Below, one piece after another: positions 8,524 through 16,390 of a stretch of DNA of 40,454 nt. Position numbers and translations under genes: made by a program. The stretch covers positions 1-40,454 of IMG/VR virus record IMGVR_UViG_3300025529_000015. One strand, written 5' to 3'. The stretch is from a virus. Taxonomy: Duplodnaviria > Caudoviricetes. Under the pieces are notes generated by a model, which was not told the origin of the DNA, did not search any database, and saw nothing but the letters and a program-made list of their open reading frames with translations. Position 1 is the stretch's first letter, and each line of letters starts with the position of its first letter.

Positions 8524-9075
8524 ATGAATCTAACAATATTATTTGAAGCACAAAAGAAACTTGATGAACACATTGAAAAAGAACATCCGCGGGAACCGGG
8601 AGAAGATCGGCTGGCGAAGAAAATCCTTGCGTTACAGGTGGAACTCGGAGAACTTGCGAACGAGTTGCCAGAAGTGTTCAAGTTTTGGAGTCATAAGAAA
8701 AACAATTATGAGAGAGCATTAAAGGAATATGTGGACTGCTTGCATTTCATCTTGTCGATCGGTTTAGAAGAAGTTGAGGATTCTTTTTTTGGGGATGTCA
8801 TCCAAATTTATTCTCATTACTATTCTAAAATCGTGACTATCAAAGAAAATACAGTGATAAAACAATTTAATTCTCTATTCCTTGAAGTTGGTTTATTGTC
8901 CGATACTACAGATGATCTGGCTTATGACGTTCAATCAATCGAAGATGATTATGCAAACATTTTAGGATTGTTCTTTGGACTTGGCGAAATGCTCGGCTTC
9001 GAGTGGGAAGAAATTGAACAAGCCTATTTCCGCAAAAACAAGATCAATCACGAAAGACAGGTTCAAGGATATTGA
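8524..9075 (+). CDS. Dimeric all-alpha dUTPase
   Basis: LALQVELGELANE, FKFWS, EYVDCLHF, YFRKNKINHERQ..GY. Confidence 0.9.
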   Translation: MNLTILFEAQKKLDEHIEKEHPREPGEDRLAKKILALQVELGELANELPEVFKFWSHKKNNYERALKEYVDCLHFILSIGLEEVEDSFFGDVIQIYSHYYSKIVTIKENTVIKQFNSLFLEVGLLSDTTDDLAYDVQSIEDDYANILGLFFGLGEMLGFEWEEIEQAYFRKNKINHERQVQGY

Positions 9076-9227
9076 TGACGAAAGAGGAGCGGGAAGAGAT
9101 CGTTGATTTTCTGTTTTTCGTATCGATGGAAGCTGGAAAATACAGCAAGTCGTTTTTTGAAAGACAATCCGACGAGGAATTGAAAAGAATGTATGACCTT
9201 TGGATGGAGGAAGGGCGGTTATTTTGA
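9075..9227 (+). CDS. Small phage protein, 50 aa (BH0509-like), not in ORF track
   Basis: MTKEEREEIVDFL...SFFERQSDEELKRMY; overlaps both neighbours. Confidence 0.65.
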   Translation: MTKEEREEIVDFLFFVSMEAGKYSKSFFERQSDEELKRMYDLWMEEGRLF

Positions 9228-9952
9228 AAAGTCAAAGCCTCATTGTTCGGATAAATGATTTGATCGATCAACACGGCGGTGGGTTTACAAAGTGTACTGA
9301 TTCCAAGTGCAAGATATGCAACGAGATTAAAAGATTAAGAAAACAGCTGCTGCAAGATGAAAAAGAAAAACCATTAAAAGGAGTTGAGAAAAAATTGACC
9401 AAGCCCCTTAAAGAAAGAATCACAAAAGAACGGTACTTGCAATTGAAAAAACGGGGATATACCGACAAAACGATTGCGAAAGAATATGGGGTATCTGCCA
9501 CAGCCATCGTGAAGTGGAAAAAAGAAAATTTAAGTAAAGAGGAACTAACCAATTCGTTCGATGATATTTCAACGCCAATCGTTAATGAACAAAAGCCAGA
9601 TTTCAATAAAAACGAACAGGAGAAAGAAATTGAATGCCTTAAAAAAGAAGTGATCCACGCTCATAAGCTTGTTACGGAAAGAGAAGAAACCATATCTCAT
9701 TTGCAACAAGATATTAAACATCTGAGAGGTAGTGTCGCTGCACAAGGACAAAAAATCGTGGATGAAACACTTCGCTTACAAAATGAAAATGAATCTCTGA
9801 AAAAAGAAATACAGCGATTAAAACAAGAAATAAAAGCTTTAGAAAATGAAAAACATCGCTATTTTGTTGATTTCATGGACCTTGAAAATGAAGTAAAAGG
9901 GTTGAAACTGTTTGCTTTTGAAAAGTTGAAAAAGGACGTGTTTGGGACATGA
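9224..9952 (+). CDS. Zn-finger / HTH / coiled-coil phage protein
   Basis: KCTDSKCKICNEI, GYTDKTIAKEYGVS HTH, long coiled coil; probable TTG start 9224. Confidence 0.65.
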   Translation: MKSQSLIVRINDLIDQHGGGFTKCTDSKCKICNEIKRLRKQLLQDEKEKPLKGVEKKLTKPLKERITKERYLQLKKRGYTDKTIAKEYGVSATAIVKWKKENLSKEELTNSFDDISTPIVNEQKPDFNKNEQEKEIECLKKEVIHAHKLVTEREETISHLQQDIKHLRGSVAAQGQKIVDETLRLQNENESLKKEIQRLKQEIKALENEKHRYFVDFMDLENEVKGLKLFAFEKLKKDVFGT

Positions 9953-10383
9953 ATGAACAAGGTCTCCCAGACAAAATAGTCTCTTTAGACCAAGTACGAA
10001 TCAATCGTGGGATTGAAAAGATTTGCAAATGCGAGAATCGTAAGTTTGTAATTGATCCCACGAATCGTAGGGTCACGTGCGGCAGCTGTGGCGCTGTCGT
10101 CGATCCATACGACGCATTATATGAAATAGCCTTGAACGACGAAAGAAGAATGAGACAAGTTCAGCGGCTTTTGGAACAACGTAGGCAAATCGCCAATTAT
10201 AAACCATGGCTTAAAGTGTTTAAAGATATGGAGGCGCGATACAGGGGACATAAAATGATTCCTAACTGCCCAAGGTGCGGAGAGCCTTTCTATTTTGAAG
10301 AAATCTCTACTTGGTCAGGTAAGCCTTACGCGGATGCTCGTATAAAGAGGTTTAAAGAATCACAAAAGGAGGGATCGGAATGA
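9949..10383 (+). CDS. Zn-binding hypothetical phage protein
   Basis: CKC, CGSCG and CPRCG motifs. Confidence 0.7.
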   Translation: MNEQGLPDKIVSLDQVRINRGIEKICKCENRKFVIDPTNRRVTCGSCGAVVDPYDALYEIALNDERRMRQVQRLLEQRRQIANYKPWLKVFKDMEARYRGHKMIPNCPRCGEPFYFEEISTWSGKPYADARIKRFKESQKEGSE

Positions 10384-10640
10384 ATGTCTACAAAATCAAA
10401 ATCGACGGAAAATATTTAGCCGGGTTTAGCGATAGCCCTGTGGCTAAAGCGCCTTCTGGTGCATGGTATGACAAAGGTAAAAACGTGAGGGGGCTTGTCC
10501 TGGTAGATGATACGGATCAAGCAAAAAAAATTGACGGTAACTTAAATCTGAAAAGTTATCTTAACCGCATCTACGAAATTATTCGATATTCAAAATTCAA
10601 TTTTTGTGAAATAACGATTGAAAAAGTCGGTGAAGAATAG
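10380..10640 (+). CDS. Hypothetical phage protein
   Basis: RBS AGGAGGG, ATGA overlap. Confidence 0.65.
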   Translation: MNVYKIKIDGKYLAGFSDSPVAKAPSGAWYDKGKNVRGLVLVDDTDQAKKIDGNLNLKSYLNRIYEIIRYSKFNFCEITIEKVGEE

Positions 10641-10649
10641 GGTGAAAAT

Positions 10650-11033
10650 ATGAGAGAAATTCAGTTTTTAGCTTTCATCAAACATCTTAATTGTATTGCG
10701 GATGTCATTAGCATTGACTTCAGCAAAAAAGAAGTAGAGGTTTATTTGCCCGATAGAGATGAAATACGAATTTACTTTTTTGATGATGTGGAACTACTAC
10801 AATTCACTGGATATAAAGACCGCAACGAAAAAAATATTTATGAGGGGCATATTGTTAAGGTTACATGGCGTTATGACTCTGATATTGGCACAGTTAAATA
10901 TATTAGAAACGGATTTTTTGTGGGTGATATGAAACGGCATACTCCTATTTCTTTAGGTAGTATTTCAGCAACTTACGAAGTCATCGGCTACAAATATACA
11001 AGCCCAGAATTGTTAGGTGATCAGATTGGGTAA
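10650..11033 (+). CDS. YopX-family protein
   Basis: MREIQF, LLQFTGYKDRNEKNIYEGHIV, EVIG...PELL. Confidence 0.85.
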   Translation: MREIQFLAFIKHLNCIADVISIDFSKKEVEVYLPDRDEIRIYFFDDVELLQFTGYKDRNEKNIYEGHIVKVTWRYDSDIGTVKYIRNGFFVGDMKRHTPISLGSISATYEVIGYKYTSPELLGDQIG

Positions 11034-11292
11034 AGCACTTCGCAAAATAAAGCGCGGCAGGGAAACGATCGATTTTCCTGGTCGACAAAACGGTAAAGTG
11101 GCGGAACAGGTCATGCAGGCTTGGAATAAAGGTTTTTATGCCGGAAGCAAGCAACAAAAGGAAACAGATATTGAGCAGGTGATGAAGTGGCTTGCCAACC
11201 TGAAAGAGATCCCGGGAATCGGCGAAAAACGAGCTTGGGAGATTCAGAGACATTTCTTGGATTTTTTTGGGAGGGAACGGAATGAACACTAA
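11017..11292 (+). CDS. Small protein with helix-hairpin-helix motif
   Basis: LKEIPGIGEKRAWEI. Confidence 0.6.
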   Translation: MIRLGKALRKIKRGRETIDFPGRQNGKVAEQVMQAWNKGFYAGSKQQKETDIEQVMKWLANLKEIPGIGEKRAWEIQRHFLDFFGRERNEH

Positions 11293-11488
11293 AGAGATTG
11301 TAAAACAGGTTATAGAAAATGAGAAAAGATTGAAATCTTGCACTCGTCATCGTTTTGCAAAAGATCTAACACCGGACAAGCCTTGGGGGAAACGATGGAA
11401 GTGCGTGAATTGTGGCGGAGAAGTGGATAATACAGCCAAGAATTGGTATGAGAAAGGTCTCGAACATGCGGGAGTTGATGTGGAATGA
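11282..11488 (+). CDS. Small Zn-ribbon phage protein
   Basis: CTRHRF...KCVNCGG; RBS GGGAGGG before MNTKE. Confidence 0.65.
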   Translation: MNTKEIVKQVIENEKRLKSCTRHRFAKDLTPDKPWGKRWKCVNCGGEVDNTAKNWYEKGLEHAGVDVE

Positions 11489-11601
11489 TTATCTCCTACT
11501 GCCCCGACTGCGGCTGGGAGGTTTGGGATACCAAGCCGATCATCAAGATTTGCTGCGGCTACTATGTCCAGCATGAGGAAGTGGAGGGAGAGGAAGAGTA
11601 A
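11485..11601 (+). CDS. 38-aa Cys-rich ORF, not in ORF track
   Basis: MIISYCPDCGWE...KICCGYY; coupled to both neighbours. Confidence 0.5.
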   Translation: MIISYCPDCGWEVWDTKPIIKICCGYYVQHEEVEGEEE

Positions 11602-11690
11602 TGAAACGGATCAAATTGTTCTTTACCAAAATAGTCGATAAAACGGTCATGAATGTGATAAAAGACAGCTTTGCAGAAACAGACAAGTAA
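11601..11690 (+). CDS. 29-aa ORF, not in ORF track
   Basis: MKRIKLFFTKIVDK...; purine-rich RBS, TAATG coupling. Confidence 0.35.
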   Translation: MKRIKLFFTKIVDKTVMNVIKDSFAETDK

Positions 11691-11701
11691 GAGGTGATGT
11701 C

Positions 11702-11910
11702 ATGACTCCTTTTATGGAAGATCAGATCAAAAGGCTACCAACTGATGGGATGTTACTTCTTTACGAAGATGTAATTCATCGTATTGGCTCACACGTCTTG
11801 GGGGAAATCCTGATCCAAACTATGTCAAGAAACAAAAGCAGATTTTAAATCTCATTCAGGATGAATTAGAGAGAAGGAAAAATAAAGCAGAAATGGAGGA
11901 ATCAAAATGA
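11702..11910 (+). pseudogene. Small phage protein frameshifted in a G run (11800-11804)
   Basis: RBS GAGGTGA; adding one G gives ...RIGSHVLGGNPDPNYVKKQKQIL...ESK* with ATGA overlap into 11907. Confidence 0.6.
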
Positions 11911-12452
11911 TTTTGAAGATTCATAAAGGGGAAACAAAAGCAGAAGTGACCATGGAAAATGATCGTGAAATTCACAAACGTGTGATAGATGGCATATTTA
12001 GTTTATTTGGAATCAAATTGCAAGAGAAAGAAAAACCGAAAACCATATCATTTGAACCTGTTATTAGAGCGGGTGTCGGAGAACCTGATCTAAATATGGT
12101 GAGTGATGCTGTAGAAAAAGCAGTTTCTGATTCCATAGAAACTACGCCGAATAAAGCAGAGGCTTCGATTGATGAACCAAAAACTCGTCCTCGTCAATTG
12201 CCGCTTTTAGGCATAAAAGAAGAAGGGTTTCCATTGTTAGAAAAAGCGAAGTGCAAAACAAAAATTCAATGCCCTTCTTGTGGAAAGGAGAACACCATAA
12301 AGGTTCCATGGGGGTTCCGTTATACCTTTTGCCCGGAATGCAATGAAAAGCTGTTCATTCGTCCCGGGGGATCAGCTTGGGGTGAAGCTGATTGGGAAGG
12401 CAATATCTATGTGGCTAATGAAGTTTATGCAAATACCGACCATAATAACTAA
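11907..12452 (+). CDS. Hypothetical protein with C-terminal Zn ribbon
   Basis: CPSCG...CPECN; RBS GGAGG. Confidence 0.7.
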   Translation: MILKIHKGETKAEVTMENDREIHKRVIDGIFSLFGIKLQEKEKPKTISFEPVIRAGVGEPDLNMVSDAVEKAVSDSIETTPNKAEASIDEPKTRPRQLPLLGIKEEGFPLLEKAKCKTKIQCPSCGKENTIKVPWGFRYTFCPECNEKLFIRPGGSAWGEADWEGNIYVANEVYANTDHNN

Positions 12453-12479
12453 TCTTGCTATAAAAGGAGGAAATTCAGT

Positions 12480-12650
12480 ATGTATTTAGTGACGTATAAA
12501 CTTTTAATTGGTGGATATGGAGTGGAAAAATACGAAATGCTGGATGAAGCAAAGGAACGTGTAAAAGAGTTATATAGTAATAGATGTTCTGAGGTTTTCC
12601 TGTCAAAGGAAATCCCGATAAAAATAACTGTAAACATTGATTTTGAATAA
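12480..12650 (+). CDS. 56-aa phage protein, not in ORF track
   Basis: RBS AAAGGAGG; MYLVTYKLLIGG...IDFE*. Confidence 0.7.
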   Translation: MYLVTYKLLIGGYGVEKYEMLDEAKERVKELYSNRCSEVFLSKEIPIKITVNIDFE

Positions 12651-12712
12651 AAACGCCAGGATCTTTCCTGGCTTGCCCGTTATTTTGACATAAGCAATAG
12701 GGGGAATGCTGG

Positions 12713-12904
12713 ATGAATCCAAAGAAAAAGACTGCCGAGATTAACCTTTTAGAGGATGCGGTTTATAGAGTATTAGATGGAAAACTAGAAAAAGTGGATG
12801 TTCCAGGAAATGGATTTGGTGAACAAACGATTGTTTGGCAAAATGGAAAGCCAATTCTTTACAAGATCAGTTATACTGTTAAGCAGCAGAGGCAAATACA
12901 ATGA
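12713..12904 (+). CDS. DUF3954-like small protein
   Basis: AEINL..YRVLDGKL..P..GFGEQTIVWQNGK pattern; position upstream of ArpU. Confidence 0.7.
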   Translation: MNPKKKTAEINLLEDAVYRVLDGKLEKVDVPGNGFGEQTIVWQNGKPILYKISYTVKQQRQIQ

Positions 12905-13032
12905 AGTGTTCGAGATGCGGGAAAGATATTACACATAGTTTTTATAAAATAGCCTTGGGCCGTGATATTTTTTGCATCATTTGTTATCAAAAGATACCTT
13001 ATAAAGAAAAAATAAAAATGATTAAGAAATAA
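12901..13032 (+). CDS. 43-aa Zn-finger ORF, not in ORF track
   Basis: MKCSRCG...FCIICY; ATGA overlap. Confidence 0.5.
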   Translation: MKCSRCGKDITHSFYKIALGRDIFCIICYQKIPYKEKIKMIKK

Positions 13033-13055
13033 ATATTTGCTACCGGAACAACCGG

Positions 13056-13096
13056 GGCACTGAATGACGCAATAAGCGTTGTTTGGTGCCTTTTTT
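13056..13096 (+). terminator. Intrinsic terminator upstream of the late activator
   Basis: 15-bp stem GGCACTGAATGACGC/GCGTTGTTTGGTGCC with G-U pairs, followed by T6. Confidence 0.75.
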
Positions 13097-13118
13097 ATTA
13101 TTTAAGGAGGCTTTCAAG

Positions 13119-13580
13119 ATGGCGCAAATAAGCTTTCAGCTACCCGAGATTGATCGAGAAGAAACCAAAAAGAGAGTGGAAGCAGCATTAGAAAAGTATC
13201 GTTTTTATCTTCTGTCCGTTCCAGAAGAACGATTGCCAAAGGTGACTGCAACATACTCGTTTGCCCCTCCTACTCACACGAACGCTTTTCATTCATCGAC
13301 TGAAGAAACAGCCGTTGCAAAAGTAGACTTTGAAAGAGAACGTGAGCAATATCTAAATCGCATTCAGCGAGCAGTCAATAGGCTCAATTATCAAGAACGT
13401 TCTATTATCATCAAACGTTATATTGATCCGGAAGAGAAGTTTGATTATGAAGTATACAACGATTTAGGGATGAGTGAGCGTAAGTACTACAGGATTAAAT
13501 CACGCGCTTTTTATAAGCTCGCATTTGCTTTGAAAATAGAAAGTTACAAAACAGAAGAAAGCGATGTGACTCCGTCATGA
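13119..13580 (+). CDS. ArpU-family late transcriptional activator
   Basis: ETKKRVEAALEKYR, ERSIIIKRY, MSERKYYRIKSRAFYKLAFAL; RBS AAGGAGG. Confidence 0.9.
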   Translation: MAQISFQLPEIDREETKKRVEAALEKYRFYLLSVPEERLPKVTATYSFAPPTHTNAFHSSTEETAVAKVDFEREREQYLNRIQRAVNRLNYQERSIIIKRYIDPEEKFDYEVYNDLGMSERKYYRIKSRAFYKLAFALKIESYKTEESDVTPS

Positions 13581-14119
13581 ATTTTGTTCAACCGATTCGT
13601 GATCAGGAGAAAATCGAAAGGATCAAAGAGTTTTTAAAAGAAGATAGTGAACGTAATTATTTGCTTTTTCTGGTCGGAATAAATACAGGGCTACGAATAT
13701 CAGATATCTTAAAATTAAAAGTAGGGGATGTAAAAGGGACGCACATTGCCCTGCGAGAACAAAAAACAAGCAAGCAAAAATGGATTCGGATCACGCCTTC
13801 ATTAAAGCGAGAGCTAAACAAATACATTGCTGGGAAAGATGATAGTGAGTATATATTCAAAAGCAGGCAAGGAAAAAACAAACCCATCGGCAGGAGCATG
13901 GCTTATAAAATACTGAGAAAGGCAGCCAATGAATTTAAGTTAAAAGACATTGGTACTCATACATTAAGAAAAACATTTGGATATCACTTCTACCAACAAA
14001 CGAAAGATGTGGCCATGCTTCAAGAAATATTCAATCATTCCTCACCAGACATAACACTTCGTTACATTGGTGTAAACCAAGACAGTATGGATAAAGCAAT
14101 GTCGAAGTTTAAAATTTGA
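13577..14119 (+). CDS. Small tyrosine recombinase (catalytic domain only)
   Basis: NTGLRISD, HTLRKTFGY, FNHSS, TLRYIG; 180 aa. Confidence 0.93.
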   Translation: MNFVQPIRDQEKIERIKEFLKEDSERNYLLFLVGINTGLRISDILKLKVGDVKGTHIALREQKTSKQKWIRITPSLKRELNKYIAGKDDSEYIFKSRQGKNKPIGRSMAYKILRKAANEFKLKDIGTHTLRKTFGYHFYQQTKDVAMLQEIFNHSSPDITLRYIGVNQDSMDKAMSKFKI

Positions 14120-14149
14120 AGCCCATTCATCAAGTGTGAATGGGTTTTT
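14119..14149 (+). terminator. Intrinsic terminator after recombinase
   Basis: AAGCCCATTCAT/GTGAATGGGTTT stem plus T run. Confidence 0.75.
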
Positions 14150-14191
14150 CTATAAATAAAATTATGAGGCAAAGACCCTTTTATGACTTTT

Positions 14192-14307
14192 TAATTAAAC
14201 ATAATTTTTTGAGTGTGTAACTCATTTCAAGATGTGTGATAACATTATGAATATCAAGGCTTTCAGCCTTTATACGAATTACACAAAATATAAGATATGG
14301 GTAATTA
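14192..14307. repeat. Two imperfect palindromic sites in inverted orientation (candidate recombinase target)
   Basis: TAATTAAACA-N12-TGTGTAACTC (14192-14223) and GAATTACACA-N12-TGGGTAATTA (14276-14307). Confidence 0.55.
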
Positions 14308-14322
14308 ATTGGAGGTGTTAGC

Positions 14323-15126
14323 ATGGATGTAGAAAGTATTTTTGAGAGATATTCAATTGATAAGTGGTTCTATTTTGAACCTCGTGATGAACATTACTGT
14401 AATTTTCCGCCACACGTCATTTTTGCCGCGCATAAAATTGCTGATGTTTATCAATCTTTTACTAACGCAAGGTTTTTTTTAGGCTATATGAATGTTGAAA
14501 ACTATGGGGAACTGATAGCAAAGCATGATGATTTACACTTGAATTTTATAAGATCAAGACTATTGCAAAGTGCCCTTTCTTTTTACAATTACAGTATTGA
14601 TTTGTCATGGCAAGTATTGTGGCTTTATTACGGACCGAGTTTTTATAGTCTGTATGACGATCCAACATATTATTATCGAGAAATAGAAAAATGCAATAGA
14701 GAAAATTTAAAGGTAAGATTGCATCTCGCTAAAGCTGACTACATAATGAAACATGTTGACAGTTTTATAGGAGAAAGTGAGGTTTCTAAAGTTAGAAAGA
14801 AATATAATTATCTAAAACATCGAGGCACTTTTTATACACCTGGAGTTGGAAAACAACAAAGTTATTTAATGGGTGCTGTTGATGGCAGAAAATTCAAAAT
14901 GATTAAAAGAGAGGTATTTGATATTGATGAATGGACAGAAAATCTAATAAATTTTGATGTGCTTTTTTTTGAATATTTTGAGGAAATAATAAATTGGATT
15001 ATGCCACGCAACTATCAAGATGTTCAATTTAACTTAGTTGATATATTAAAACTTAACAAAAAAATTGAACAGGAAAAAGAATTTAATGAATGGCAGAAAA
15101 GTGGCGGAATAACGGCAGAGCATTAG
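14323..15126 (+). CDS. Putative HEPN-domain protein (Cthe_2314-like), accessory
   Basis: All-alpha, ALSFYNYSIDLSWQVLW helix and RKKYNYLKHRG motif; AT-rich; RBS GGAGGTG. Confidence 0.6.
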   Translation: MDVESIFERYSIDKWFYFEPRDEHYCNFPPHVIFAAHKIADVYQSFTNARFFLGYMNVENYGELIAKHDDLHLNFIRSRLLQSALSFYNYSIDLSWQVLWLYYGPSFYSLYDDPTYYYREIEKCNRENLKVRLHLAKADYIMKHVDSFIGESEVSKVRKKYNYLKHRGTFYTPGVGKQQSYLMGAVDGRKFKMIKREVFDIDEWTENLINFDVLFFEYFEEIINWIMPRNYQDVQFNLVDILKLNKKIEQEKEFNEWQKSGGITAEH

Positions 15127-15145
15127 GAAAGATGCATGTTAAATT
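15090..15145 (+). promoter_or_regulatory. Candidate ArpU-dependent late promoter
   Basis: Three 11-bp direct repeats ATGGCAGAAAA/GTGGCGGAATA/ACGGCAGAGCA then TG-T-TAAATT extended -10, no canonical -35. Confidence 0.55.
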
Positions 15146-15225
15146 TATAGTATAAACAATTATTAAGAGGAAACAGAGTTGGTTACGCTCGTCTATTTTA
15201 TAATTGTTGTAAAAGGTGAAGAGAC

Positions 15226-15411
15226 ATGGACCAATTAAAACAGCTATATGATGAGGTTGATGATCTGATAGAAAAAGTTATTGAGCGTCAAAAGAAGGCG
15301 ATAAAAATGTCGGATGATTATTTAGAAGATCATGTAGTAACCCATTATTTCGGAGAACTTCAGGCATTATTTAAAGTACAAACTTTAATTGAAGATATGA
15401 TGAAAAAATAA
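15226..15411 (+). CDS. Hypothetical helical protein
   Basis: RBS AAAGGTGA, 61 aa. Confidence 0.65.
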   Translation: MDQLKQLYDEVDDLIEKVIERQKKAIKMSDDYLEDHVVTHYFGELQALFKVQTLIEDMMKK

Positions 15412-15496
15412 CAAGCTTTAAAGGAATAACTTACATATACCTTACCACCCATCATAATAGGTCTTTTATGCTACTATTATTTTGAGGTGGTTTAAG

Positions 15497-16327
15497 GTGT
15501 TTGTTTCACCAATGCTATTACACAAAGTTGATCATCCTTTTGATGATGACGCATATATAACCGAGCTTAAGTTGGACGGGATCCGCTTGATCCTATCCAA
15601 GTTTAATAATCAGGTAAAGTTATATACAAGGCACAAAAATGAAGTGACTGCTAAGTTTCCTGAATTGCAGGATTTAGACATTCCGAATGGAACTATTTTG
15701 GATGGAGAGATAATCGTATCCAATAGTGAAGGAAAGCCAGACTTCGAATTTATGATGGAGAGATTCCAGTCCAGCAGATCAGAACATCAAATTCAATTTT
15801 GTGTATTCGATGTAATTTATCATAAAGGCGATAAGGTTACGCACCTTCCTTTGCTGGAAAGAAAAGAACTGCTGGATTCCTTGATTGAAGACGGGGAACA
15901 CATCGTAAAGGTCCGGTGGATTCGAGGGAATGGTCAGGCTTATTTTAATTTAATAAAGCAGCAAGGCCTGGAAGGAATTGTCCTGAAACGTGCCGACTCC
16001 AAGTATCAAGTCAATAAACGGTCTCATGATTGGCTGAAAGTCATAAACTATCAATATACCAATGCGGTGATTACCGGCTTGAGGAAAGATAAATTCGGGT
16101 TGTTGTTGGCCATAGAGGAAGGCGGCCGATTAAAGCCAGGTGGTGTAATGGAGTTTATGACGCCAGCTGCCCTAAAGGAATTCTATAGTCAGTATCAGGA
16201 CTTGATTGTAGATGAAAATAAGAAATTCACTTTCATCGAACCCAAGATAAAATGTCGGGTTAAATTTAGGAACTACACGAAAGCAGGACTGTTGAGGAGC
16301 CCTTCTTTTGTTGAATATATATCTTAG
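15497..16327 (+). CDS. ATP-dependent DNA ligase (LigD ligase-domain-like)
   Basis: SPMLL, ELKLDGIR adenylation motif, LDGE, FDV, LEGIVLK, WLKV, LRSPSF; GTG start with RBS GAGGTGG. Confidence 0.9.
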   Translation: MFVSPMLLHKVDHPFDDDAYITELKLDGIRLILSKFNNQVKLYTRHKNEVTAKFPELQDLDIPNGTILDGEIIVSNSEGKPDFEFMMERFQSSRSEHQIQFCVFDVIYHKGDKVTHLPLLERKELLDSLIEDGEHIVKVRWIRGNGQAYFNLIKQQGLEGIVLKRADSKYQVNKRSHDWLKVINYQYTNAVITGLRKDKFGLLLAIEEGGRLKPGGVMEFMTPAALKEFYSQYQDLIVDENKKFTFIEPKIKCRVKFRNYTKAGLLRSPSFVEYIS

Positions 16328-16339
16328 CGCTATCCATAT

Positions 16340-16369
16340 AAGCATCCAATTAAGGATGCTTTTTCTTTT
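16340..16369 (+). terminator. Intrinsic terminator
   Basis: AAGCATCC-AATTAA-GGATGCTT plus T tract. Confidence 0.7.
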
Positions 16370-16390
16370 GTATAAAGGATGTGAACGGGC

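Noticed and set aside
15421-15460. Sporulation sigma-G promoter for the ligase
   Set aside because: CATAATA is present but no properly spaced -35 element
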